Origin: a virus
Taxonomy: Duplodnaviria > Caudoviricetes
Strand: one strand, 5' to 3'
Length of the DNA: 64,000 nt
Virus record (IMG/VR): IMGVR_UViG_3300037780_000050
Location: 1-64,000 of that record
Below the pieces are notes generated by a model, which worked only from the letters and a program-made list of their open reading frames with translations, ran no database searches and was not told the DNA's origin. The position numbers were made by a program, and so were the translations under genes. Positions 18,615-27,800 of the stretch are shown here, one piece after another (the first letter of the stretch is position 1; every line of letters starts with the position of its first letter).

Positions 18615-19181
18615 ATGCCCGCCCGAAAGTCATCTGTTGAGGATCAGAATGCTGCGTCGAGTCACATCGATGACTTGCTCAACGGCATTCCCGGCGCCGA
18701 TGAGAACACCGTGGAGTCCACTGTGCAGGTGTCTGGTGGTCAGAGCATCGTCCCGCCAGAACCTCTCGATGGCGATTTGGATGACGACTTGCTGGACGGC
18801 ATTCCACCCACGGTGGACGAGTCAGCAGACGACACCCTCGGCGAGGACGACAAGGCACCTCAGGTCCCCACCAACAGTGTGCTGATCCACTTCGTCGCTG
18901 ATGGATTCAGCGCGTTGGAGCAGATCTGGTACACCGGTCAGGAGCTGGAGATCCCCATCGGGTCACGTTGGTGGGAGGCCACGCTCGATCGTGACGGCGA
19001 GAGCTGGATGCTCATCGATGAGGAGTCCCAGATCGCCAAGTGGGGCAAGGTCTTCTTCCGTCCCGGGGAGTGGCCGGGTGAGCCCTTCGGTGATGCCCGA
19101 GCGCAGGAGCGGGAGCGTCAGCGGGCGCGCCGTCCGACCCACCCCAATCCGGGCTCGTTGTTCCCCAGCCGGGGTCGTTGA
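18615..19181 (+). CDS. hypothetical protein (acidic N-terminus)
   Basis: GAGGAG RBS; lies in the structural module. Confidence 0.75.
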   Translation: MPARKSSVEDQNAASSHIDDLLNGIPGADENTVESTVQVSGGQSIVPPEPLDGDLDDDLLDGIPPTVDESADDTLGEDDKAPQVPTNSVLIHFVADGFSALEQIWYTGQELEIPIGSRWWEATLDRDGESWMLIDEESQIAKWGKVFFRPGEWPGEPFGDARAQERERQRARRPTHPNPGSLFPSRGR

Positions 19182-19201
19182 GCAAGTTCATCTGCCGATA
19201 C
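19177..19201 (+). promoter_or_regulatory. candidate late promoter GTTG-N10-TCTGCCGAT
   Basis: second copy, intergenic. Confidence 0.45.
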
Positions 19202-19238
19202 ATCAGGGGTGAGGCCCCACCGGGAAAGGGTGCAGGAC

Positions 19239-19823
19239 ATGGCAGTGCAGGAGAAGATGGGGCTGCGTCACGGTCACCCCACAGCGTGGAAGTTCCGACA
19301 GTGGACACGCCCCGACGACCGTGACGGCCTTCGTCGTCTGGCATGGGCCAACGGTTTCGGTGAGTTCAAGAGAGGTCCCAAGGAGACCGATCTGGTCATT
19401 CCCGAGTTGTTCGGCGCGCAGCCGTTCGTGCTCAACAACCTCACCAACGAGGGCGAGCAGGACTTCGCCGATGTGTACTTCGATGACCAGGCAGTCCGGT
19501 CCAACCTCTACGTGCGGGGTTACAACGACACTCCGGTGGAGACTGACAGCCTTTCTGATCTCACTGGCGAGGTCACCGGCACGGGCTACGCCGCGCTCGA
19601 CTACGTTCGCGGCACCGATTGGACGGCTGCGGCTGGCGCGGCCACAGGCGTCACCAAGACGTGGACTGCTGGCGGTGCGTGGACGGCCATGACCCACGTC
19701 GTCGTCGCCACCGTTGCTTCGGGCACGTCTGGACTCACCATTTCCTACGTGGCGCTCAGCGCCACCCGGACTCTGGCCAACGGTGAGACGCTTGATGTCA
19801 CCCCCACTGTGACAATCACCTGA
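19239..19823 (+). CDS. virion structural protein, paralogue of 31014-31415
   Basis: EVTGTGYAAL and TLANGETLDVT motifs shared with the paralogue. Confidence 0.7.
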   Translation: MAVQEKMGLRHGHPTAWKFRQWTRPDDRDGLRRLAWANGFGEFKRGPKETDLVIPELFGAQPFVLNNLTNEGEQDFADVYFDDQAVRSNLYVRGYNDTPVETDSLSDLTGEVTGTGYAALDYVRGTDWTAAAGAATGVTKTWTAGGAWTAMTHVVVATVASGTSGLTISYVALSATRTLANGETLDVTPTVTIT

Positions 19824-19857
19824 TCTCTCACCCTGTGGTGAGGATGGAGGATGGATC

Positions 19858-20691
19858 GTGATCAACATCGAGGGAGACACGGCAACGCTGGTGTTCACGA
19901 TCAAACAACCGGTGATCACTGGTGAGGAGATTTCCAGCTACACCCTCACGGATCCCGACACCCTCAATGTTGCGCTCACCGACCCTGCGGGCGCTACCAC
20001 TACCTACGTGTTTGGCACCGATGCTGAGCTGACCAGAGTTGACACTGGTGTGTACCGTCTGGTCATCAGCGTGCCGACCGCGGGCGAGTGGGACGCCACT
20101 ATCACTGCCACCAACCCTGACGTGTACGACGAGCAGGCGTTCATGGTAGGAGAGTCTCAGACGTGGACTGTGGTCCCGCCGCTCAGCGACTACGAGCTGT
20201 TCACAGGAGCTGCGGCCACGTCCTACAGCGCCATGGCGCTCGACCAGGCTCAGTTGCTGCTCCAGCTCGCCACCGGCATCTCTGCCCGACCCACCGACCC
20301 CACAGCGCTCCGGGTCTACCGATTCGGGATCTTCGCCATGGCCGAGGCGCTGGAGAACAGCCAGACCACCCGCAGCATCGCGTTCAGCCCGTTCCGGGTG
20401 GAGGAGATCGGCAGCTACCGCTACGAGCGGGGTCGTACCGATGTTCGTGCAGGTATCCCCACTGGCATCTTGTGGTTCGACATGGCGGTGGACTACTTCA
20501 ACGGGTTGGTCGATTCGTCGCTCTACGACATGCACACGTCGATGTCGCTGTTCGAGGTCGAGGACTCTCTCGTGTTCACCAACACTCAGGGTCGTCGGGT
20601 GATCTTGGGTCCTGCTGATCGGGCCGCGCCCAACCGATTCGATCAGTACGCGCTGTTGCGGGTGTATGGGACGCAGATCGGGCCGGATTGA
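19858..20691 (+). CDS. head-tail adaptor with N-terminal Ig-like domain
   Basis: beta-rich N-terminal ~95 aa; C-terminal part with VEEIGSYRYE typical of adaptors. Confidence 0.6.
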   Translation: MINIEGDTATLVFTIKQPVITGEEISSYTLTDPDTLNVALTDPAGATTTYVFGTDAELTRVDTGVYRLVISVPTAGEWDATITATNPDVYDEQAFMVGESQTWTVVPPLSDYELFTGAAATSYSAMALDQAQLLLQLATGISARPTDPTALRVYRFGIFAMAEALENSQTTRSIAFSPFRVEEIGSYRYERGRTDVRAGIPTGILWFDMAVDYFNGLVDSSLYDMHTSMSLFEVEDSLVFTNTQGRRVILGPADRAAPNRFDQYALLRVYGTQIGPD

Positions 20692-21053
20692 TGCGTCATC
20701 TGTTCAACTCCACCGTGTCGATCCAGCGCCAGACCGAGGTCTTCACCAACGGTCTCCCGACGCGCACATGGGTGGATCGCTACACCGGAGTGAAGTGTCG
20801 ATTGGACTTGCACCACAAGACGCTGGCCAGCAGGCCCGAGCGCGCCGTACAAGAGGCAGGGACCACCCCTGATCTCATGGGTTCTCTGTTCATGGAGCCT
20901 ACGGTGGATGTGCGCGTCGGTGATCGGGTGAAGTTCACATCAGGGCTCCACAACGGCCGGATATTCAGCGTGGAGGACACCCCGGCCATGGTCGGCGGCT
21001 ACTCAGCTCCACACCATCTGGAGTGGGCAGTCAGCGAAGTGGCCCATGCTTAG
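20691..21053 (+). CDS. head-tail stopper (SPP1 gp16-like)
   Basis: VSIQR..DVRVGDRV..FSVE; position. Confidence 0.7.
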   Translation: MRHLFNSTVSIQRQTEVFTNGLPTRTWVDRYTGVKCRLDLHHKTLASRPERAVQEAGTTPDLMGSLFMEPTVDVRVGDRVKFTSGLHNGRIFSVEDTPAMVGGYSAPHHLEWAVSEVAHA

Positions 21054-21414
21054 GATCGACGCCAACATGAAGGCGATGCTGGCCGAGATCGCCCGCCTCG
21101 GCAACGCTCCCAACCTCTCGACCATCCAGAGGTTGGAGTCCGCGTTGCAGGACTCGCTCAACTTCTCCCAGGGGATCGTCCGCGTCGACACGGGCTCGCT
21201 GCGCAACTCCGGGGTCACTGAGTCTGATCTGGCTCCAACCGGTGTGTGGGTTGGGTCTCTCACCTACGGTGGTCCCAGCCCCGGGGCGGTGCACGATCCT
21301 GTGGATTACGCGCTTCAAGTCGTCGCCTACGACGCTCCGTCGGACTGGATCTCCGTCACCGCTCAGACCATGGCACCTCTGTTCTTCGGCGCGGTTGCCT
21401 TGGAGTTCCGATGA
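21046..21414 (+). CDS. neck protein (HK97 gp10-like)
   Basis: VRVDTGSLRNS and DYA motifs. Confidence 0.75.
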   Translation: MLRIDANMKAMLAEIARLGNAPNLSTIQRLESALQDSLNFSQGIVRVDTGSLRNSGVTESDLAPTGVWVGSLTYGGPSPGAVHDPVDYALQVVAYDAPSDWISVTAQTMAPLFFGAVALEFR

Positions 21415-21869
21415 GTGACGACTTGGTGACAGCCACCGTGAAGCGACTGACCGCAGACGCCACCGTCGCGTCTCTGGCCACCGCTACCCCACCGATCACC
21501 CAGGAACAGCCCTACAACATCGTGGAGGGCTCTGGAACGCTCCAGTTGGTAGTCAGTACCGCAGGACAGTGGACCGTGCCTCTGGCGCAGCGTACGCAGC
21601 GTTTCCCGGTGCTCCGGGTGGAGGCGTGGAGCGACCCCACGAGGAACGTCGATGGCAACGTCACCATCCCCGACGCCAGCCGAAAGGCCAGAGCTGCACT
21701 CGATGCCGTTATTGAGGCTCTCCGAATGGTCAACAACGGGCAGACATGGGGTGATGGATTCACGGTGCTCTCGTGTCATCTTCGCACCGAGCCCGTGGAG
21801 GTTCCCTTGCCGATCGGCGAGGACGAGATGAAGCGCTGGCGAGTGGAGTTCGCTGTCACCCACCCATAG
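21411..21869 (+). CDS. tail terminator/completion protein
   Basis: position; LRVEAWS..ARAALDAV..L pattern. Confidence 0.65.
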   Translation: MSDDLVTATVKRLTADATVASLATATPPITQEQPYNIVEGSGTLQLVVSTAGQWTVPLAQRTQRFPVLRVEAWSDPTRNVDGNVTIPDASRKARAALDAVIEALRMVNNGQTWGDGFTVLSCHLRTEPVEVPLPIGEDEMKRWRVEFAVTHP

Positions 21870-21888
21870 AGACTCCCAGGAGGAGCAC

Positions 21889-23064
21889 ATGAAGATCCTG
21901 TTCAGGTCGCCCTTGTCCTCACAGTCCGGTTACGGAAATGATGGCATAGGCATGGCGATGGGTCTCATAGACAAGGGCATCGATGTCAGGCTGATACCGA
22001 TGCATGTGTCGCCGCCGTTGCCCCGCAAGTTGATCGATCGCTTCGCCCTACCGGTGGAGGCTCCATTCGACATCTACCTCAACCACTCCGACCCAGGGAG
22101 GTTCGAGGTATCACCCGCAGCTCGCAAGACCAGCGAGGTGACCATGGGATGGACCATGTGGGAGTACACCACCCTCCAAAACATGGATGTGGAGGGTCGA
22201 TACAACCTGGCGAAGTGCCTGCGCGACTTGGACGTGTTCGTCAGCTACGACGCAGTGACCCACCAGGCGTTCGAGCACTACATGGATCGCATGGCGCTGC
22301 TCCCCGAGAGTCACCCGTTCCACATGACCGAGGATGACCGTCCTCTCCACATCATCGCTCAGGGCGGCTACATCCCAGGCGATTGGCGAGCGCCTGAGGG
22401 TGATGAAGACGAGCGAAACTGGAGCGATGACGGCCCATTCCGGTTCTGCATGGTCGGCATGTTGCACCAGCGCAAGGACCCCATGGTCGCGGTCCTGGCC
22501 TTCAAGGAGTTGAAGGAGGAGATGGGCAGCGAGTTCGAGGATGCCGAGCTGCACTTGAAGACTGCTACCGCAGGCCTGCACTCAGCCATGGAGGAGTGGG
22601 TTCCCAAGCTCCGCATCCACTACGCGTCCTGGCCCCGTGAGATCCTCCAGAAGTTCTACTGGAACATGAACGTGCTGCTGGCACCGTCGCGAGGTGAGGG
22701 CAAGAACATGCCCGCGCTGGAGATGCTCAGCTCCGGTGGGTCGGTGATCGCCACCAACTGGGGTGGTCACACCACATGGATGGATCCCACCTACGCCTAC
22801 CCGCTCGACTACACCCTCGCCCCCGAGCCCCCGTACGAGGACTGCATGTCCGCTCGGGCCAGCAAGGACCATCTCAAGGAGCTGATGTGGCACTGCTACA
22901 CGCACCGCGATGAGGTCCGGCGCAAGGGCGAGATGGGATCGGTGCTCATTCCTCAACGTCAGAATTGGGACACCGTGACAGAGAACATGCTCCGCATCGT
23001 CAGTGAGGCATTGCCGGGCGAGAAGATCCAGACGCTGCTGTCGATCGCCAGGAGAGGAACATGA
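21889..23064 (+). CDS. GT-B glycosyltransferase (GT4-like)
   Basis: N-terminal SGYG, FCMVG..RKD, PSRGEGKNMPALEMLSSGGSVIATNWGG nucleotide-sugar motif. Confidence 0.85.
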   Translation: MKILFRSPLSSQSGYGNDGIGMAMGLIDKGIDVRLIPMHVSPPLPRKLIDRFALPVEAPFDIYLNHSDPGRFEVSPAARKTSEVTMGWTMWEYTTLQNMDVEGRYNLAKCLRDLDVFVSYDAVTHQAFEHYMDRMALLPESHPFHMTEDDRPLHIIAQGGYIPGDWRAPEGDEDERNWSDDGPFRFCMVGMLHQRKDPMVAVLAFKELKEEMGSEFEDAELHLKTATAGLHSAMEEWVPKLRIHYASWPREILQKFYWNMNVLLAPSRGEGKNMPALEMLSSGGSVIATNWGGHTTWMDPTYAYPLDYTLAPEPPYEDCMSARASKDHLKELMWHCYTHRDEVRRKGEMGSVLIPQRQNWDTVTENMLRIVSEALPGEKIQTLLSIARRGT

Positions 23065-23354
23065 TCGAGGAGTACCGAGATTGGCGCTGTCCTCACGGCA
23101 CCCTGTTCGGCAGGTTCAGCGCAGGGAACCTCACCGTCACCGAGCACAACCTGGCTGAGTTCGCTTGCTCAGATTGCAAGCGCGCGGTGCGTATCGCCGA
23201 CCACACCGTGTTTCGGGTGTTGCACCGATTCAACGTCGCCGGAGAGCTGGTCGAGACCATCGTTCAGCGCTCCGGGTACGACGATCAGGTCTTCGTGGGG
23301 TCTGAGTGGATCGAGGCCGATATCAGGGGAGAACTTCGGCTCAACGAGAGGTGA
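23061..23354 (+). CDS. hypothetical protein, possible Zn-binding
   Basis: CPHG...CSDC; ATGA-coupled to the GT. Confidence 0.7.
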   Translation: MIEEYRDWRCPHGTLFGRFSAGNLTVTEHNLAEFACSDCKRAVRIADHTVFRVLHRFNVAGELVETIVQRSGYDDQVFVGSEWIEADIRGELRLNER

Positions 23355-23363
23355 GAGACGACC

Positions 23364-23930
23364 ATGAGCACACTGAATGTCGAGGGCTTCTCGGTATCGC
23401 ACGCGGCCATTCTGGATGGCACCACGGGAGCCGAGGAAGCTGCTGGCGATCTGTACGGCGTCCGTTCCGGTTCGCTGGAGGTCGACATGGACGAGTTCGA
23501 CAACACGGGCGACGACTCCGTGCTGTCGAGCTGGATCTGGTTCAACTACGCGAACGTGACGATCGAGATGGGGTACGTCCCCTTCGCCACCATCGCCCTT
23601 CTGACCGGCGCCACCATCATGTCGTCTGGTTCCGATCCCGACGACTACTACGATCTTCCGGTGTGGGAGCAGGGTTCGCTCAACCAGCCCACCCGCCCGA
23701 TGCTCATCCGTGTGCCGTCCAAGGACAGTGCGGGCGCGGTGCGGCTGCTGGACATCGTGCTCTACCGGTGCCAGTTCAAGCCCATGGGCTTCGATGGGCC
23801 GTCCTACAAGGACGGTCTGATGATCAACTACAGCGCCAAGGCGCTCATCAGCGATCAGGACGAGGCAGGCAACGCGCTCACTGGTGACCGTCGAGCCATC
23901 GGCCGACTGGTCAGCAGGCCCGCAGCCTGA
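23364..23930 (+). CDS. major tail (tube) protein
   Basis: 188 aa directly before the chaperones and tape measure. Confidence 0.8.
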   Translation: MSTLNVEGFSVSHAAILDGTTGAEEAAGDLYGVRSGSLEVDMDEFDNTGDDSVLSSWIWFNYANVTIEMGYVPFATIALLTGATIMSSGSDPDDYYDLPVWEQGSLNQPTRPMLIRVPSKDSAGAVRLLDIVLYRCQFKPMGFDGPSYKDGLMINYSAKALISDQDEAGNALTGDRRAIGRLVSRPAA

Positions 23931-23964
23931 TCCACCCCCACTCTGACCCAACTGAGGAGACGGC

Positions 23965-24462
23965 ATGACCGCATCAGAGACCCTGCTTCCCGACGAGCGT
24001 CCTTCGATCACGCTCAGCAACGGCATGGTGGTCACTACGACCCCCATGCGCACCCGTTCGCTGCTGCGTCTGCTCAAGATTCTCACTCGGGGCGTGTTCT
24101 GGGCCATCCCCCAGCTCATGAAGGCCGAGAAGGAGACGGTGGTGGAGGAAGTGCTGGGTGCACTCATCATCGCCATTCCCGAGGCCGAGGACGCGACGAT
24201 CGATTTCGTCAAGAGCGTCGTCACGCTGCCGGGCAAGGCCGAGGCCAAGGACCGTGCTGGACTCGATCTGCACTTGGATGACCCTCCTCTGGATGATCTC
24301 CTCCTGATCGTGGAGCAGGTGGTCGAGCACGAGGCCGAGGACTTGACCGCTCTGGGAAACCGACTGACCGGGATGCTGAAACTCGCCGAGAGGGCGAATC
24401 AGGTCCCGGCGACGGCAGAGCCGACGACCGAGCCCCAGACCACTGGAAGTCCCCTCTCCTAG
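23965..24462 (+). CDS. tail assembly chaperone (gpG)
   Basis: between tail tube and TMP; contains the GGGAAAC slippery site. Confidence 0.8.
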   Translation: MTASETLLPDERPSITLSNGMVVTTTPMRTRSLLRLLKILTRGVFWAIPQLMKAEKETVVEEVLGALIIAIPEAEDATIDFVKSVVTLPGKAEAKDRAGLDLHLDDPPLDDLLLIVEQVVEHEAEDLTALGNRLTGMLKLAERANQVPATAEPTTEPQTTGSPLS

Positions 24463-24881
24463 ATGGCTACCTACGGAGCTTCGATCTCATCTCGACACAC
24501 TACGGATGGACAGACGAGCAGATACTTGATCTGACAGTGCGGAGGTTCCGCACGATCGTTGACGCCATCTTGGAAAGGCTCGCAAGCGAGCGGCTCCAGC
24601 AGCGTCTCTCGCTGGAGTGGCAGACCAGGGAGTTGGCGTTGATCACAGCAGCAGCATCGGGTTCCAAGGAGTTGGTCGAGCGAGCCGCTCGCATCTCCAT
24701 GGATCCCGAGCGCAACGCTGATGGAACATCTGCCAAGGGCGACAAGTACGGGCGCCCGCCCGGCCCCAATGGGTTGCCCTTCGACCCCGAGGCCGAGATC
24801 GACTACGAGTCGATCAAGCTGCCCAACGCCGCCCAGGGTGGCATCCTGCTCCGAGGCTTGACGGGGCCGCGTCATGGCTGA
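24354..24881 (+). CDS. tail assembly chaperone gpGT, -1 frameshifted portion
   Basis: G GGA AAC at 24354-24360; -1 frame open from 24297 and encodes FDLISTHYGWTDEQILDLT. Confidence 0.8.
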   Translation, partial: GKPTDRDAETRREGESGPGDGRADDRAPDHWKSPLLDGYLRSFDLISTHYGWTDEQILDLTVRRFRTIVDAILERLASERLQQRLSLEWQTRELALITAAASGSKELVERAARISMDPERNADGTSAKGDKYGRPPGPNGLPFDPEAEIDYESIKLPNAAQGGILLRGLTGPRHG

Positions 24882-27800
24882 TCAGACCGCAGTCTTCCGG
24901 GCGATCGCCGACTTCTCTGCGATCCGCAAGGAGTCGGCCAAGGCCATCGGTGATCTCAAGGCGCTGCAAGCGGCCGCTGCTGGCGTCAACCAGCAGATGG
25001 CCACCGGCACTACTGCGATCGGCAACAGTGCAGCCGCGATCGGCGCTGCGGGGAAGTCCTCCAGAGGTGCTGCTGCTGGCTACACCGCTGTGGGAGTCGC
25101 TGCGGGGAAGGCAGGCAAGGGGGCCAGCACGGCGTCGCACGGCATGGAGGCTCTCAACCGCTCCATGACCCAGGCCACCCAGCGAACCACGGTGTTCAAC
25201 TCCGGTCTGGTCGGGATGATCCAGACCATGGGCGTGCTCCGCAGCACCGCCGCGGGCACCGCGGTCACGGTTGGCGCGCTCACCGCTGCTGGTGCTGCGG
25301 TCGGCATCAAGTTCAACGCCAGCTTGGAGCAGGCCCGCATCGGCTTCAAGAACATCTTCGATGATGCGGAGCGTGCCCGAGATGTCATCGATCAGATCGT
25401 CTCCTACGCCCGTGTGACGCCGTTCGACACCGCGGGCTTGATCACTCAGGTGCGTCAGCTCACCGCTGCTGGGTTCGAGATGGAGGAGATTCTGGTCGGC
25501 AGCGACGAGGCTGCTACCGGTCTCGCCGTCACCATCGGCAACGCCGCAGCCGCCATGGGCGGGGGCCGGGATGTGGCCGACTCCATGGTGCAGGCCATCA
25601 CCCGCATCAAGGCCACGGGCCGTGTCACGTTCGAGGAGCTGCGCATCTTCGCCGAGCGTGGTGTCCCCGCCATCGAGATCTTGCAGGAGAAGCTCGGGCT
25701 CACCACCAAGGAAGTCCAGCGCATCGGTGAGCTTGGCATCGAGGCTGATGTCGCCATCTCCGCGCTGACCGAGGGCTTGGACGAGCGCTTCGGTGGGGCC
25801 ATGAACGAGCAGGCCCGCAGCGCGCTGGGTCTCATCTCCACGTTCTTGGACAACATCCAGATCGGTATGGGTACCGCCTTCGAGGGGCTGTTCGAGGTCT
25901 TCAAGGGTTCGCTCATGGCCGTGACTGATCTCATGACCGAGATCAACGTGCTGGCCGTGGATGTGGGCTTCATCGAGGCGCTCGCCCAGAAGCTCCCGGT
26001 CATCGGTCCGTTGGTCAAGTCCGTCACCGAGTTCCTGTCTGGTCTGGCAGAGGTGGTCAAGTCGCTGGCTCCGGTGTTCGAGGTCTTCATCACCGCGGCT
26101 GCTGGTGGGTTGACACTGCTCAGTGGGGTGCTCTCCAAGGCCGCGGTCGGGTTTCAGGTCTTCGCTGATCTGATCAACTCCGTCAACCCCAACGTTCTCA
26201 AGTTCGCCGCTTCCACCCTGCTGCTCGGGAAGGCTCTCGGCGTTGCGGGTCCGGCGCTGACGACCTTCACCGCAGGGTTGGGGTACATGGTCGGCGGGAC
26301 CGGTGCGGTGGGCGCGTCCAACGCACTGCTGCGACTCAGCGGAGTGCTGGCGAAGTTGGGTCCTCACGGCATGGTCGCTGCCGGTGCCATCACTGCGATC
26401 GGTGCCGCGTTCCTGTTGGCTGGTAGGGGTGGATCCAAAGCCGAGAAGGCGTGGAAGACCGCTTCGGAGAAGGCCGACATCCTCGCAGGGGCAGCGGAGC
26501 ATCTCGAAACTGCCATGGACGGCAACTCCGGCAGTGTCGATCGCAACACCGACGCGTGGAAGAAGTGGCTGGCCGAGACCGACGAGGTGCGCGAGCAGCT
26601 CCGTGGTCTGGACGGCACCGAGGTTCGCCAGGACGAGTTGGCATCCATCGCAGCCAATCTGGTCATCAACGGCATGTCCCCCGAAGACGCCATGCTCCAT
26701 GTGCGGGCTCTGGCTGACGCCGAGTTCGGTCGAGGGTTCCAGATCCCCTTCACCGTGGAGAACCTGGGCAGTGATGGCTTCCTTCGGGACTCCCTTCTGG
26801 GCGGTCTCCAGCAGGAGCTGAACAACATCCAAGTCCCCGACATGGATGAGTTGCTCACCCCGAGAGAATCCAACCTGCGGATCGATGCGTACAACGAGGC
26901 CATGGCCCAGTTGAAGGACACTGCGACCGACATCGGTCCGCAGATCGCTGATCTGTTCCAGTTGGATCCTGCACAGGGCATCGAAGCCTTGATCCAGGCC
27001 GAGAACGCCATCCGCTCCATGGGGCTGTCCTCTGAGGACACCGCCATCATCGTGGACAAGCTCAACGACAGCTTCCGTGAGCAGGCCGGGGTGGCCAGCG
27101 ACGGAGGCAACGCCAACAGCACCTATGTCGATGCGCTGTCGTTGGTGGCGCAGGGGGCCGACAACCTCAGTGAGGAGCAAGAAGCGCTCATCTCGGTGTT
27201 CAACGAGACGCTGTGGGTCACCGGAGACGTGGAGACGGCGCTGGACGCGGTGCGCGGCGCCATGGTCGAGCAGGAAGCCGCTACGGACGGCGCCGCTGGC
27301 GCCATCGCTGACTACATCGATGCCATGGATGAGGCTGCGACGGCCGACAGGGACAGCATCGCTCAGCAGATCGAGGACACCACCAAGGCGTTCGAGGAGT
27401 TCGTTGATCCCGCCGACACCTTCATGCAGTTGCTCGATGAGGTCAGCGATGAGGGCAAGCTGGCCGCACAGCAGGCCGCACACGACGCTGGGCTGAGCGC
27501 CGAGGAGTGGAAGCGCTTCCCCACCGAGGCCGGTGTCGGGCTCAAGGATTGGCGCATCGCGCTGGAGAACAGTCTGGTTCACCAGCGTGACTGGGTGGAC
27601 AATCTGGCCGCAGCCAACGAGAAGTTCGGTCCCGAGGTCGCTGCCTACTTCCGTGACGCCGGTCCCGAGATGGCTGGCGCACTGGAGCAGATGGTGGAGG
27701 ACACCACTGGGGAGAGCGAGAAGCTCGCCGACGCCATCAAGGAAGACGCTCAGCTCGCCAGCTCCGAGTTCGTGGGTGAGTTCGTTGACGAGATGAACAC

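Noticed and set aside
23316-23323. GCCGATAT upstream of the tail tube gene as a late promoter
   Set aside because: Inside coding sequence, lacks the TCT prefix, and GCCGAT is common in GC-rich ORFs
24814-27582. 922-aa minus-strand ORF
   Set aside because: Shadow of the tape measure gene
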